Source: Candidatus Multivorans sp.
GTDB taxonomy: Bacteria; Acidobacteriota; Thermoanaerobaculia; Multivoradales; Multivoraceae
Assembly (NCBI GenBank): GCA_965224025.1
Contig: OZ245033.1
Span: 3,968,001-4,032,000, forward strand
DNA length: 64,000 bases
Direction of reading: 5' to 3'
Numbering within the stretch: the stretch's first letter is position 1; each line of letters opens with the position of its first letter. The notes below the pieces were generated by a model. It was given only the letters and a program-made list of their open reading frames with translations, was not told the DNA's origin and ran no database searches. Made by a program: the position numbers and the translations under genes. Shown here piece after piece: positions 50,687 through 60,599 of the stretch.

Positions 50687-52338
50687 CGACCGCCACCGGC
50701 GCCGCCCTGATCGCCCGCAGCCTGAAGCAGCAGGGTGTCGAAACCATGTTCGGCATCGTCGGCTTCCCCGTCTACGGGGTCGCCCACGCCGCGCAACAGG
50801 CCGGCATCCAGTACTTCGGCTTCCGCAACGAGCAGGCGGCCAGCTACGCGGCGGGCGCGGTGGGCTACCTGACCGGCCGCCCCGGGGCCTGCCTCGCCGT
50901 GTCGGGCCCCGGCATGGTGCACGGCATCGCCGGTCTCGCCAACGCGGAGAAGAACTGCTGGCCGATGGTGCTGCTCGGCGGCGCCAACGACCGCTACCAG
51001 AACGGCCAGGGCGCCTTCCAGGAGTGCCCCCAGGTCGAGGCGGCGCGGCCGTTCTCGAAGTACTCGGCGGAAATCGACGCCGCTCACCGGGCGCCCTTCT
51101 ATGTGGAGCAGGCGGTCCGCACCTCGATCTACGGCCGTCCCGGCGCTTCCTACCTGAACCTGACGAACGATGTCCTGACCGCCCAGGTCGACGAGGACGA
51201 CGTGGAGTTTCCACCCCGCTGTCCGGAACCGCCGACCTCTCTCGCCGACCCGCGGGAGGTCGAACGCGCGGTGGCGGTCCTGCGGGAGGCCAAGAACCCG
51301 CTGGTGATCGTCGGCAAGGGCGCCGCCTACGCCCGCGCCGAGAGTGAAGTGCGCCGCTTCGTCCAGCGCACGAACCTGCCCGTGCTGCCGACGCCGATGG
51401 GCAAGGGCGTCGTCTCCGACGACGATCCCCACGTGGTCGCCCCGGCGCGCTCCTTCGCGCTCCAGAACGCCGACGTGATCCTGCTGATCGGCGCCCGTCT
51501 GAACTGGATCCTCCACTTCGGGCTGCCGCCGCGGTTCAAGAAGGGCGTCCGGGTGCTGCAGATCGACCTCAATGCGGAGGAGATCGGTACCAACGTTCCG
51601 ACCGAAGTCGGCATGGTCGGCGACGCGCGGGCGGTGACCGCGCAGTTGAACGAGGCGCTCGACGCGGAGCCCTTCACACTCTCGGCCGACAACGAGTGGC
51701 TGGCGAGCCTGCGCGAGAGCGCGACCCAGAACCAGGCCGCGGTTCAGGCGATGCTCGACGACGACAGCGAGCCGATGGGCTACTACCGCGCCCTGCGCGA
51801 GATCGCCGACCGCCTCGAACCGCAGGACATGCTGATCGCCGAAGGCGCGAACACCATGGACATCTCGCGCACCGTGCTGCCGAACATGGAACCGCGCAAG
51901 CGGCTCGACGCCGGCACCTTCGGCACCATGGGCGTCGGCACGGGGCTGGCGATCGCGGCGGCCGTGGTCCACCCGGACCGGCGCACGATCTGCGTCCAGG
52001 GCGACTCGGCGTTCGGCTTCTCCGGCATGGAGGTCGAGGTCGCGTGCCGGTACAACATGCCCATCACCTTCGTCGTCATCAACAACAACGGCATCGGCGG
52101 CGGCGTCAGTGAGTACATTCCGGGCAAGCCGCTGCCGACCTCCACCTACACACTTGGCGCCCGCTACGAGCGCGTGATCGAGGCCTTCGGCGGCAAGGGC
52201 TATCTGGTCGAGAAGGTGGCCGACCTCGGCCCGACCCTTGATGCGGCGCTCGTCTCCGACCGGCCGGCGCTGGTCAACGTGCTGATCGACCCGAAGGCGC
52301 AGCGGAAGCCGCAGAAGTTCGCTTGGCTCACCCGCTAG
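50683..52338 (+). CDS. ThDP-dependent 2-hydroxyacyl-CoA lyase / oxalyl-CoA decarboxylase family enzyme
   Basis: FRNEQAA, EGANTMD, DAGTFGTMGVG, GDSAFGFSGME..NNNG. Confidence 0.92.
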   Translation: MTTATGAALIARSLKQQGVETMFGIVGFPVYGVAHAAQQAGIQYFGFRNEQAASYAAGAVGYLTGRPGACLAVSGPGMVHGIAGLANAEKNCWPMVLLGGANDRYQNGQGAFQECPQVEAARPFSKYSAEIDAAHRAPFYVEQAVRTSIYGRPGASYLNLTNDVLTAQVDEDDVEFPPRCPEPPTSLADPREVERAVAVLREAKNPLVIVGKGAAYARAESEVRRFVQRTNLPVLPTPMGKGVVSDDDPHVVAPARSFALQNADVILLIGARLNWILHFGLPPRFKKGVRVLQIDLNAEEIGTNVPTEVGMVGDARAVTAQLNEALDAEPFTLSADNEWLASLRESATQNQAAVQAMLDDDSEPMGYYRALREIADRLEPQDMLIAEGANTMDISRTVLPNMEPRKRLDAGTFGTMGVGTGLAIAAAVVHPDRRTICVQGDSAFGFSGMEVEVACRYNMPITFVVINNNGIGGGVSEYIPGKPLPTSTYTLGARYERVIEAFGGKGYLVEKVADLGPTLDAALVSDRPALVNVLIDPKAQRKPQKFAWLTR

Positions 52339-52384
52339 AGCCCAGGTGTCCGACATCGGCTTCAGGCGGCAGCCGCGGCATCGA

Positions 52385-52407
52385 ATGCGGGCAGGATGCC
52401 CGCGTTC
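52385..52407 (-). repeat. REP-like palindrome (partial)
   Basis: ATGCGGGCAGGATGCCCGCGTTC. Confidence 0.7.
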
Positions 52408-52654
52408 GGCCTGGAACGAACTCGACGGTCCGTTCTGGCAGGGGATCCGCGACGCCGGCTTCCCGCGCGAACAGGTCGACCTGGTGGTCTGCACCCACCT
52501 GCACATCGACCACGAGGCCGCGATCGCCGCGCGCCGCGGCTTCTGCGGGCGCTTCGGCGACACCGGCATTACCGTCGCCGGCACCCACTGGGCCGCGCCG
52601 ACCGGAGTCCTTCTCACGGCACACGGCGACGTTTGGAAGACGCAGGTCGATTGA
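52408..52654 (+). pseudogene. Metallo-beta-lactamase fold hydrolase remnant
   Basis: VDLVVCTHLHIDH fused directly to the C-terminal GTHW segment. Confidence 0.7.
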
Positions 52655-52750
52655 GCCGGCTCGCCGGGCCACGCCAAGCTGGTCCTGGTCGATGAGGCTG
52701 GCCACGAACCGGAGCGCCACCGGCCCACTCCGCTACACTCCGCGACCGTC

Positions 52751-53233
52751 ATGACCGTCGCCAGGAAGCTGTTCGCCCTGCCTGCAGTCGCCGCAGTGGC
52801 CCTGTCGCTTGGGTCCTGCGGCAGCGAGGAAACCGAACCGCCTTTCCGCGAGGTCGCGGGCGTTCGGCTGCTGATGGCCTCGATGATCGAGCCGGCGGCC
52901 GATCACATCTGGGCCTCGGCCGGCACGATCATCACCGCCGAGGAGACGATCGAAATCCAGCCCGAGACGGACGAGGACTGGATCCTCGTCCGGAACGCGA
53001 CGGTCGCAGTCGCAGAAGCCGGCAATCTGCTGATGATGGAACGGCGCAGGATGGACGACGGCGACTGGCTCGCCTGGTGCCGGCAGATGATCGATGCCGG
53101 CGACGCCGCGATGCAGGCGGCCGACGCCCGGGACGTCCAGGGCATCTTCGATATCGGTGAGCAGATCTACTTCTCCTGCACCGGCTGTCACGCGCAGTAC
53201 TGGACCAACGATCCGAATCAGTTCCGCCAGTAG
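52751..53233 (+). CDS. Cytochrome c'-like lipoprotein
   Basis: Lipobox LGSC; helical body; C-terminal CTGCH. Confidence 0.75.
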   Translation: MTVARKLFALPAVAAVALSLGSCGSEETEPPFREVAGVRLLMASMIEPAADHIWASAGTIITAEETIEIQPETDEDWILVRNATVAVAEAGNLLMMERRRMDDGDWLAWCRQMIDAGDAAMQAADARDVQGIFDIGEQIYFSCTGCHAQYWTNDPNQFRQ

Positions 53234-53281
53234 GCGTCTCCGCTTGCGGCGGCGGCGATCAGGGAAGGCGCTCTCGGCCGG

Positions 53282-54919
53282 ATGCCGGCCAGAAGGCCGG
53301 CCCACCCGGACTTGCGGCTTCGGCACGAACCAGGGGGCCTGCCGGCCAGAGGACGCTTCGTGTTGCGTCGCACGCTGATCGTCCTCCACCGCTGGCTGGG
53401 CATCGCCGGCAACCTGCTCTTCGTGGTCTGGTTCGCCTCGGCGCTGGTCATGATGTACGCGCGGATGCCGACGCTCGACCCCGGCGATCGCCTTGGCCGT
53501 CTGCCGCCACTCGATCTGGAGGCGGTCCGCGTAGATCCGGCGCAGGCCGCGGTAGCCGCCGGCCTGGATGCCGGCGGCCAGGAGGCGCTCCAGGTCCGCC
53601 TCGGCATGGCCGGCGACCGGCCGATCTACCGGCTGCGCACCGTGGCCGGCTGGACCGCGGTCTACGCGGACACCGGCAGTCCGATGCTGCAGCTCTCGGA
53701 GGCTCAGGCGGCGGCGGTAGCAGCGCAGTTCGTTCGGCCACCGAACGGCCAGACCACGCCGCACCCACTCCGCTACGACCGACTGCTGCCCCGCCCCGAC
53801 CAGTGGACCCTGGAACTTCCCTCCCTGTTCCCCCTCCACCGCATTCGCACCGCCAGCAATGTGCTCTACGTCTCGGATCGCACCGCCGAGGTGGTCATGG
53901 AGACGACCGCGACATCACGGTTCTGGGGCACCAGCGGCGCGGTGTTCCACTGGCTCTACTTCACGCCGCTCCGTTCACACTCCACGCTCTGGTACCAGTT
54001 GGTCGTCTGGGCATCCGCTGCCGGCTGCGTGCTGACCCTGTCCGGGCTTGCCGTCGGCGTGATCCGCCTGAACCGGCGGAAGCGCTCGCCGTACTCGGGC
54101 ATCATGCGCTGGCACCACTACAGCGGCCTCGTCTTCGGCGCCGCGGCCTTCACCTGGGTGCTGAGCGGCGCGTTGTCGATGGATCCCTTCGGCTGGCACG
54201 CCGGGAGAACGACCAGCCAGGGCCAGCACGCCGCGGTCGCGGGCGGTGGACTGCGGCTCGACGGTTTCGACCTCGTCTCGATCCGGACCGCCCTGGAGTC
54301 GATCTCCGAGTCCTTCCCGGCCCGCGAGGTCGAGTTCCTGACGTTCGACGGCGAACCCCTGTTCCTGGCGTACCGCCCGCCGACCTCATCCGGTGACGAT
54401 CGCTACCGTGGCGCCTCCTGCGCCGGTGGTCCCTCCGAGTTCCAGGCCGCCGTACAGCCCTTCGAACACCGGCTGGTTGCGCTCGGAAGCGGAGAGACGC
54501 GCCGCTTCGAGCGCGACGAACTCCTGACCGCAGCCATCGCGGCCATGCCCGGCGCAGAGGTCGTCGATGCTGCCGAACTAACGAAGTACGACGTCTACTA
54601 CGGCAACCGCAGATATCGCCGTGCGCCGCTTCCGGTGCTGCGGGTTCGTTTCGACGATACGGACCGGACCTGGCTCTATCTCGACCCGGCGTTAGGCCGT
54701 ATCGTCCACCGCGAACAGCGCCGGAGCCGCGTCGACCGCTGGCTGTACCGCGGCCTGCACCGCCTCGACTTTCCGGGCTTCTACCACCGCCGCCCGCTGT
54801 GGGACGTCGTCGTCATCGTTCTGCTGCTGGGCGGCCTGTTCTCCGCGGCCTCTTCCTTCGTCCCGGCGGCAAAACGCCTCAGGCGGCACGCGGCGCGCCT
54901 GAGGCGCAAGACGGACTGA
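53282..54919 (+). CDS. PepSY-associated TM helix domain protein; start probably near 53361
   Basis: LHRWLG, HWLYF, WHHYSGL, WLYRGLH. Confidence 0.85.
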   Translation: MPARRPAHPDLRLRHEPGGLPARGRFVLRRTLIVLHRWLGIAGNLLFVVWFASALVMMYARMPTLDPGDRLGRLPPLDLEAVRVDPAQAAVAAGLDAGGQEALQVRLGMAGDRPIYRLRTVAGWTAVYADTGSPMLQLSEAQAAAVAAQFVRPPNGQTTPHPLRYDRLLPRPDQWTLELPSLFPLHRIRTASNVLYVSDRTAEVVMETTATSRFWGTSGAVFHWLYFTPLRSHSTLWYQLVVWASAAGCVLTLSGLAVGVIRLNRRKRSPYSGIMRWHHYSGLVFGAAAFTWVLSGALSMDPFGWHAGRTTSQGQHAAVAGGGLRLDGFDLVSIRTALESISESFPAREVEFLTFDGEPLFLAYRPPTSSGDDRYRGASCAGGPSEFQAAVQPFEHRLVALGSGETRRFERDELLTAAIAAMPGAEVVDAAELTKYDVYYGNRRYRRAPLPVLRVRFDDTDRTWLYLDPALGRIVHREQRRSRVDRWLYRGLHRLDFPGFYHRRPLWDVVVIVLLLGGLFSAASSFVPAAKRLRRHAARLRRKTD

Positions 54920-54971
54920 CGGAGCGCAGAGCCGAACCCCGGCGAAGCAAGCATCTCTCGCGACTCCAGAG

Positions 54972-55017
54972 ACCGGCGCTGCGCGCCGGATGCCGGCGAG
55001 GACGCCGGCGCACCCAG
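54972..55017 (-). repeat. Variant REP-like element between convergent genes
   Basis: ACCGGCGCTGCGCGCCGGATG is the reverse complement of 28580-28600, followed by a variant palindrome CCGGCGAGGACGCCGGCGCACCCAG. Confidence 0.65.
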
Positions 55018-55021
55018 TCAG

Positions 55022-55462
55022 CTACCCGGGCGGCTCGGTCGGGTCGCGACCGTCGCGCGGCGCGCCGGTACCCGAGGAACCCATGAAGATCTTGCTCCCG
55101 TCCTCGAAGGTCACGTCGCGGCCGTTCGCACGCCGGGAGCGGTCCTTGCTCTGGTAACCGTCGACGACGATCACCGTTCCCGGCTGCAAGTCGTCGCGGG
55201 AGAGACCGCGGCGGAGCAGGGTGTTGGGCGTACCGCCCTCCACCATCCAGACGTGCTTGCTGCCGTCTTCCTCGGTGTGCTCCACATGAATCCAGGTGTG
55301 CGGATTGACCCACTCGACCTTGACGACCGGGCCCTTCAGCAACAGCGGACGGTTGGGATCGAACTCGGCGCCGAAGGCATGGTGCGCTACCAAGGGCACC
55401 GTCACCGCGATTGCCGCGACGACAAAGCCGATCCCCGTGATGATGATGGCTCGCTTACTCAT
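55022..55462 (-). CDS. DUF6152 family secreted protein
   Basis: AHHAFGAEFD, WVNPHTWI, W.VEGG.PN.L.R.G. Confidence 0.85.
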   Translation of the reverse strand: MSKRAIIITGIGFVVAAIAVTVPLVAHHAFGAEFDPNRPLLLKGPVVKVEWVNPHTWIHVEHTEEDGSKHVWMVEGGTPNTLLRRGLSRDDLQPGTVIVVDGYQSKDRSRRANGRDVTFEDGSKIFMGSSGTGAPRDGRDPTEPPG

Positions 55463-55559
55463 GGACGTCTCTCACTCCTCTGTTTGTGTCAGTGGGTTTG
55501 TCCTTCGCTCCAGACTTGGGCTGTCCGTGAACCGACTTTAGCAGGATCCGCTACGCGGA

Positions 55560-56660
55560 CTACTCTCCGGAACCGCCCGAACCGGCGGCCTTGGCCGCCG
55601 CATCTTCTTCCAGCAGCCGGGCGCCGCGCATGATGTTGCCGAGCGCGTAGTTGCCCTCGTGGCAGGCGTACTCGTAGAGCAGCGTGTCCGTGCGCGGCCA
55701 GACGTATTCGCCGCTCCACGACTCGGTCCACACGTTCGGGTCCTCGACCGTGAACTGGTAGAGCACGTGATCCTCGCCGATCGGCGAGAAGCGCTCGACC
55801 GTGTGCAGATCCCGAGTCGCCGAGCGCAACGCCACCCGATCGCTGAAGTTCTTCGTGTCGATGACGAGCGTGTCACCGTCCCACCAGCCGATCGAGTCGC
55901 CCAACCACCGCCGCTCCGTCGCCGGCAGATGCTCGCCGCCAATGCGCACGATGCGTGCGTCGTGGACCATTTCGACCAGGATCATCACATGATTCTCGGT
56001 CTGCACGATCCTCTTCAGGTTGTTGTACAACGCCGGCAGCATCGGCGGTCCCGCCGTGGAGCTGAAACCGAGCAGGCAGCGCTCCGCAAGCGGCCGCAGC
56101 TCCGGATCATCGTAGGGACCCGGCCCCTCGCGCTCGAGCCACCATGCCTCACCGGTGTTGGCCCGGAAGAAGCCTCTGCGAGAGGCGAAGCGCTCCCGGA
56201 CAGCCTCGGTCACCGGCGGAAAGCGCCCGTTCTTCGGGTGCGTGATGATCGAGGTCCGGAACTTGCCGTCCACCTCGAACACGTCGGTGCCGTTGTCGAT
56301 CCAGAACGAGTTGTAGCCGCCCACGTTGCCAGCCGCGCCGGGTGAACCGTCGCCGCCGTCGGGAGGCGCCTCGCGGTCCGGATCGCTGGCCTGAGACGTC
56401 GCCGCGCGGCGCAGCGCGGCCTGCTTCACCCTCCGCTCGGCCTCCTCGCGGCTCATGAACAACTCGTCGCCGAGCGCCGCCGGCCGCACCAGCGGCGTCA
56501 GCGTGGCGACATCGTAGTGACCCGAGAAGTCGGGGCGCCCGGAGGCGGTGCGGGGAAGGTCCTCGTCGCCGGCGGCCAGCATGGGCGCGGCGATTCCAAC
56601 CAGCGCGACCAGGGCCAGAGCTGCCTTCCGTTGGGGTTCACGCCGTCCGGGTTCACGCAT
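55560..56660 (-). CDS. Conserved secreted hypothetical protein (DUF6152-associated family)
   Basis: PRTASGRPDFSG, ERCL, GDSIGWWDGDTLVIDT, EYACHEGN. Confidence 0.8.
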   Translation of the reverse strand: MREPGRREPQRKAALALVALVGIAAPMLAAGDEDLPRTASGRPDFSGHYDVATLTPLVRPAALGDELFMSREEAERRVKQAALRRAATSQASDPDREAPPDGGDGSPGAAGNVGGYNSFWIDNGTDVFEVDGKFRTSIITHPKNGRFPPVTEAVRERFASRRGFFRANTGEAWWLEREGPGPYDDPELRPLAERCLLGFSSTAGPPMLPALYNNLKRIVQTENHVMILVEMVHDARIVRIGGEHLPATERRWLGDSIGWWDGDTLVIDTKNFSDRVALRSATRDLHTVERFSPIGEDHVLYQFTVEDPNVWTESWSGEYVWPRTDTLLYEYACHEGNYALGNIMRGARLLEEDAAAKAAGSGGSGE

Positions 56661-56736
56661 AGTGCTTCTCGCTTCGGTGTGCGTTCCGGCGGGACCGCCA
56701 GGGCCTCAGCCCGAACCGCCTGAGCCGCCTCAGTCG

Positions 56737-57732
56737 TTAGTCGACCAGCTTCATCCGCGGCAGCGGGTTGCGCCGGTACTCGCCGTACATCAGTTCTTCA
56801 ACGAACTCGACGCAGCGGAAGTCCATCAGACGGGCGTTCGGCTCCATCCGCCGGTAGAGCGGCATCTCGATCGTCCACGGCTCCGTGTACGTCATCGGGT
56901 CGGTGAGGGTTGCCTCGTAGTGCATGTGGTTCGGACCGGCCAGCGTGTAGCGCTCCTCCACCTGCAACTGGTTGCTGTAGTGGTTGCCCGAACGGTCGAG
57001 CCAACCGCCGCACCCGGGCATGTCGCCCTCGCGCATCGCACAGTCCTTCGCCAGCAGCCCGCTCACGTCCACGACCAGGGTGTCGCCCTCCCAGCGGCCG
57101 TAGGACGTGCCCATCCAACTGTCGACCTGGGAAGGCTTCGGGTCCTCCATGTAGATGTCGCGGACCGCACCGGCGTACTGGTAGGCGATGAAGACCGCGT
57201 TCTCGCTGTGGAAGAGCTGCAACGGCTGCGGCATGTACGTGGCACGCGGCACGCCCGGCAGGTAGCAGAAGACCTCCTGGTCGCGAGTGGACCAGTTCGC
57301 CATGTTGTCGTTTCTCTTTGCGAGCGCTTCGTCCGTGTACGGGATCTTCCCGCCGCCCTTGATCACGCCCATGCCCGGGGGCACCGAGCCGACCGCGCCG
57401 AAGTTGAGGACCTCAGCCGCGGGGATCGGACCGTGCGGACCCTCGCGCAACTGCATCGCGGCGCGCGCCATGTGCAGTTCCAGGTCGTAGTTGGCCGCGT
57501 TCAGGGCCTGCCAGATGCCGTTCAGATCCGGGTGACCGTCCGACAGCCGTTCCGGGTCGAAGTCTTGAGCCGCGAGCGGCGCCACCGCCACGGCGAGGAC
57601 CGCGACCGCAGCCACGGCAGTTGCCATCCGAGCGCCCGCTGGCGGGTGCTCGGACTGCTTCACGAGTGGCGCAGGAGGCGCCACGCGGGTTCGAGAAAAC
57701 ACGCTGGTTCCGAGTTTCATGACGTTGGCCAC
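56737..57732 (-). CDS. Conserved secreted hypothetical protein, related family
   Basis: GHPDLNGIW, CYLPGVPR, GRWEGDTLVVD, DFRCVE. Confidence 0.8.
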   Translation of the reverse strand: MANVMKLGTSVFSRTRVAPPAPLVKQSEHPPAGARMATAVAAVAVLAVAVAPLAAQDFDPERLSDGHPDLNGIWQALNAANYDLELHMARAAMQLREGPHGPIPAAEVLNFGAVGSVPPGMGVIKGGGKIPYTDEALAKRNDNMANWSTRDQEVFCYLPGVPRATYMPQPLQLFHSENAVFIAYQYAGAVRDIYMEDPKPSQVDSWMGTSYGRWEGDTLVVDVSGLLAKDCAMREGDMPGCGGWLDRSGNHYSNQLQVEERYTLAGPNHMHYEATLTDPMTYTEPWTIEMPLYRRMEPNARLMDFRCVEFVEELMYGEYRRNPLPRMKLVD

Positions 57733-57860
57733 ACTCCTCTTCGGCGAAACGCCGAGTTGTCTGAGCGGAATGCGCGAACCCTGTCAGCTTCGGCCCATGG
57801 GGTCAACCCCGAAGCCGGTCCTCTTGTGCAGCGTCGCGGGAAGCCCCGAAGTTGGCGCTC

Positions 57861-58379
57861 TCAGAAGGCTCGAGCTCGCCGCTTCGCGGCATCGAGCCAC
57901 CAAGCGGTGCCCGTGTTCTCGTAGCCGAACGGAGGCAGCGTTTCGAAGCGCGCCCGCCCCGCCTCGGTTCGGAGCGGGAAGCGTCCGTTCGGTGGATCCG
58001 TGAGCACTGAAGTGCGGTACTTGCCGTCGACCTTGAAGGCAGCCGTGCCCCGGTCGAGCCAGAAGGCGTTGTAGGCGCCGACGCCCCGGTATCCCTCTTC
58101 CGCGCGGCTGGCGATCACGCCCCGGTCGGGTTCGCGGACTTCCTGATCGCGGGCGTTGGACGCAGCCAATCCATCCGCGATCGCCTGTGCCTCCTCGTCG
58201 GTCAGGTACAGCCGGTCGCCGAACCTCGGATCCCGCTCCAGCGGCGTGAGGGATGAAACGTCGTAGTTGCCGGAGAAATCGGTCCTGCCGCTCGGGGTAC
58301 GCGGAATGTCGTCCGCGGCGAGACACGGCACGAGGAGCAGGCTCGCCGCTGCACAAAGAGAGAGGGCCCGGGTCTTCAT
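57861..58379 (-). pseudogene. Truncated paralog of 55560-56660
   Basis: PRTPSGRTDFSG, YNAFWLD, RTS..PPNGRFP, AWWL then stops. Confidence 0.75.
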
Positions 58380-58434
58380 TCTCGACCTCCTGGAAGACGC
58401 TGTCTGTGGACTGGTCGAGCCTAGCAGCGAGCAC

Positions 58435-58668
58435 TCACTGAATGCGGCGATCCCTCGCGAGCCAAAGCACGCCGGAACACAACGCACCGCCAAGGAAGCC
58501 CAGGATCGCCAGCACCGGCGGCCAGATGTCGACCAGCGACGCGAACGGCAAGGCGCCGGGCGCAACATTGTCGGTGACCTCAATGAGTGCACCCACGAGT
58601 ACACCAGCGGCTGCCCAAGTAAGGGGCACCCGGATCGGGAGCGGAATCCGTTGCATCCATCTCTTCAT
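58435..58668 (-). CDS. Small two-TM membrane protein
   Basis: RBS GGAGG, two hydrophobic segments. Confidence 0.55.
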   Translation of the reverse strand: MKRWMQRIPLPIRVPLTWAAAGVLVGALIEVTDNVAPGALPFASLVDIWPPVLAILGFLGGALCSGVLWLARDRRIQ

Positions 58669-58683
58669 GACGACCTCCAGGCC

Positions 58684-60063
58684 TCACTTGAAACCGAACA
58701 GGGGCGGAAAGACCACGACAACGAAGGCCGCCCACGCGGCGTAGACAGGCAGGTAGGCGGTCTGCCAGCGCACAAGCGCCGAAAACGGGCCGCGGCCGGC
58801 CAGGAAGCGGCCGTACAGCCAGGCCGACCACGTCAGGTTGACCAGCAGAACGAGGTTCTCGCCCAGCGCCGCCAACTTGTTCGGACTGACGCCGAACTCG
58901 GTGATCCGCCCGGCGATGGCGGCCAGCGCTACGATGTCGACCACCAGCGCGCAGACGACCAGCAGAAGCCGCAGCCCGTCGAAGAGGCCCGGCGGGGCCT
59001 GCGGGTCGCGCGCCGAGACCGAATAGAGCAGCAGACCGAGCACGACCACCAGGAGCAGATCGAACGCGATCAGCACCTCCCTCTCCATGTCGATTCCGCT
59101 GCGCGTCCAGATCATCGTGCCGAGGAAGGCGAGCAGCACCGCGGCGAACAGCGGCGTGAACAGGCGCGTCAGCACGGGCGCCATGTTCTCGATGACGCCC
59201 TGCTTGGCTTCCACGAGCCAGGCGCCGACGATGACGGCCCCCATGGCGCCGCTCGGGAGCATCCACAGGGCAATGAAGCTCCCCGCGTCCAAACCGATGG
59301 CGGCGAACGTGAGGCCGGTGAAACCCATCAGTACGCCGCCGCCGAGCGCCAAGAGCACGTAGTAGATGAACAGTTCGCCGGAGAAGCGTACGAAGTCCAT
59401 CCGACCGCTGCCGTCGCGCCAGCGCCCTCCGGTGTAGGCGATGCCCACGACCAGCCAAAGCGCGATCGGCAGGTGGAGCGCCGCGAGCGTCGTCGTGTGA
59501 CCGGGCGGCGCGGACGGGAAGACGTTGATGGCCAGCGCACCGGCGGCAAACGCCAGTGCCAGCCTCACGCAAGCCGCTCGGTTCAGCCGGCGCTTCCACG
59601 CGAAGTAGCCGGCGAGGAACGGCAGCACGAAGAAACTGACATTGGGAAAGTACAGGAGATGGGTGTCGAAGAAGCCGGCTCCCGACCCGATCCGCGGATA
59701 GCCGAACAGCTCGGGCAGCTTGATCGCCGCCGCCGCGGCGAATGCCAGCGCGATGGCCACGAGGGTCTCTCGCGAGGCGCTGCGGTCCGCCCCGTCCGTC
59801 GCCGCGGGCATCACGAGCTGCTTCCAGAGCCGCTCCGAATGCTCACGCGCGAACTCCCGCGACACCGCGTCGAGGTTGCCCATCCGCTTTACGGCCACCA
59901 GGAACGCCTCGTCCGCGGCAAGACCGTTGGCGCGGAGCGCCGCGACCACGTCGCGAAGGTGGCCCTCGAGCTCCTCCACGTCCGAATCGCCGATCGCCGG
60001 ACGCCGTCGCAGCCAGTTCCGCCACTGGGCGATCTGCGCTTCGAGCGCCTCGTCGTGCGTCAC
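58684..60063 (-). CDS. Permease-prefix domain membrane protein (PadR-associated)
   Basis: VEELEGHLRD, EAFLVAVKRMG, many TM helices; GTG overlaps the PadR stop. Confidence 0.85.
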   Translation of the reverse strand: MTHDEALEAQIAQWRNWLRRRPAIGDSDVEELEGHLRDVVAALRANGLAADEAFLVAVKRMGNLDAVSREFAREHSERLWKQLVMPAATDGADRSASRETLVAIALAFAAAAAIKLPELFGYPRIGSGAGFFDTHLLYFPNVSFFVLPFLAGYFAWKRRLNRAACVRLALAFAAGALAINVFPSAPPGHTTTLAALHLPIALWLVVGIAYTGGRWRDGSGRMDFVRFSGELFIYYVLLALGGGVLMGFTGLTFAAIGLDAGSFIALWMLPSGAMGAVIVGAWLVEAKQGVIENMAPVLTRLFTPLFAAVLLAFLGTMIWTRSGIDMEREVLIAFDLLLVVVLGLLLYSVSARDPQAPPGLFDGLRLLLVVCALVVDIVALAAIAGRITEFGVSPNKLAALGENLVLLVNLTWSAWLYGRFLAGRGPFSALVRWQTAYLPVYAAWAAFVVVVFPPLFGFK

Positions 60064-60452
60064 CACGCCGGCGCGAGCCCCCATCGCGGCGACGCTCGTC
60101 CAGCATTGACCGCCGTCGAAGACATCCTCCAGATTCCGCGCAGCGTGGCGTCCACCACCTGCCATTGCCGCTGCTGGGTCTTCAGGCGCGCCCGTCCCGC
60201 CTTCGTGATGCTGTAGTACCGGCGCCGCCGGCCGCTCTCCGCGGTCGCCCAACGCGCCTCGACATAGCCGAGACGCTCGAGACGGTGAAGGACCGGATAG
60301 AGCATGCCGTCCGTCCACCTGAGCTGGCCGTCCGACAACTCGCCGACCCGCTTGATGATCGCGTAGCCGTAGCTGTCGCCCTCAACCAGGATCGCCAGGA
60401 CGAGCGGCGCGGCCGAGGCGGCTACCAGGTCCTTGCTGATGTTCATCTTCAT
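60060..60452 (-). CDS. PadR family transcriptional regulator
   Basis: SYGYAI, GMLYPVLHRLE, RRRRYYSIT. Confidence 0.93.
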   Translation of the reverse strand: MKMNISKDLVAASAAPLVLAILVEGDSYGYAIIKRVGELSDGQLRWTDGMLYPVLHRLERLGYVEARWATAESGRRRRYYSITKAGRARLKTQQRQWQVVDATLRGIWRMSSTAVNAGRASPRWGLAPAW

Positions 60453-60485
60453 CCTCTGCGTTGACCGGAACGCGACCACGAGACC

Positions 60486-60522
60486 AATACATAGCACAAC
60501 AATGCATACCTGTGCAATGTAG
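60486..60522 (-). promoter_or_regulatory. Candidate PadR promoter/operator
   Basis: AT-rich imperfect repeats ATACATAGCACAACAATGCATACCTGTGCAATGTA upstream of padR. Confidence 0.45.
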
Positions 60523-60599
60523 CGGAGGGCAAGGGAGCCGCTTCTGGAGAGGCACGATGAGGAGTCCCGGCGCTGGAGTCCTCTGATACGAGAGCCGCT

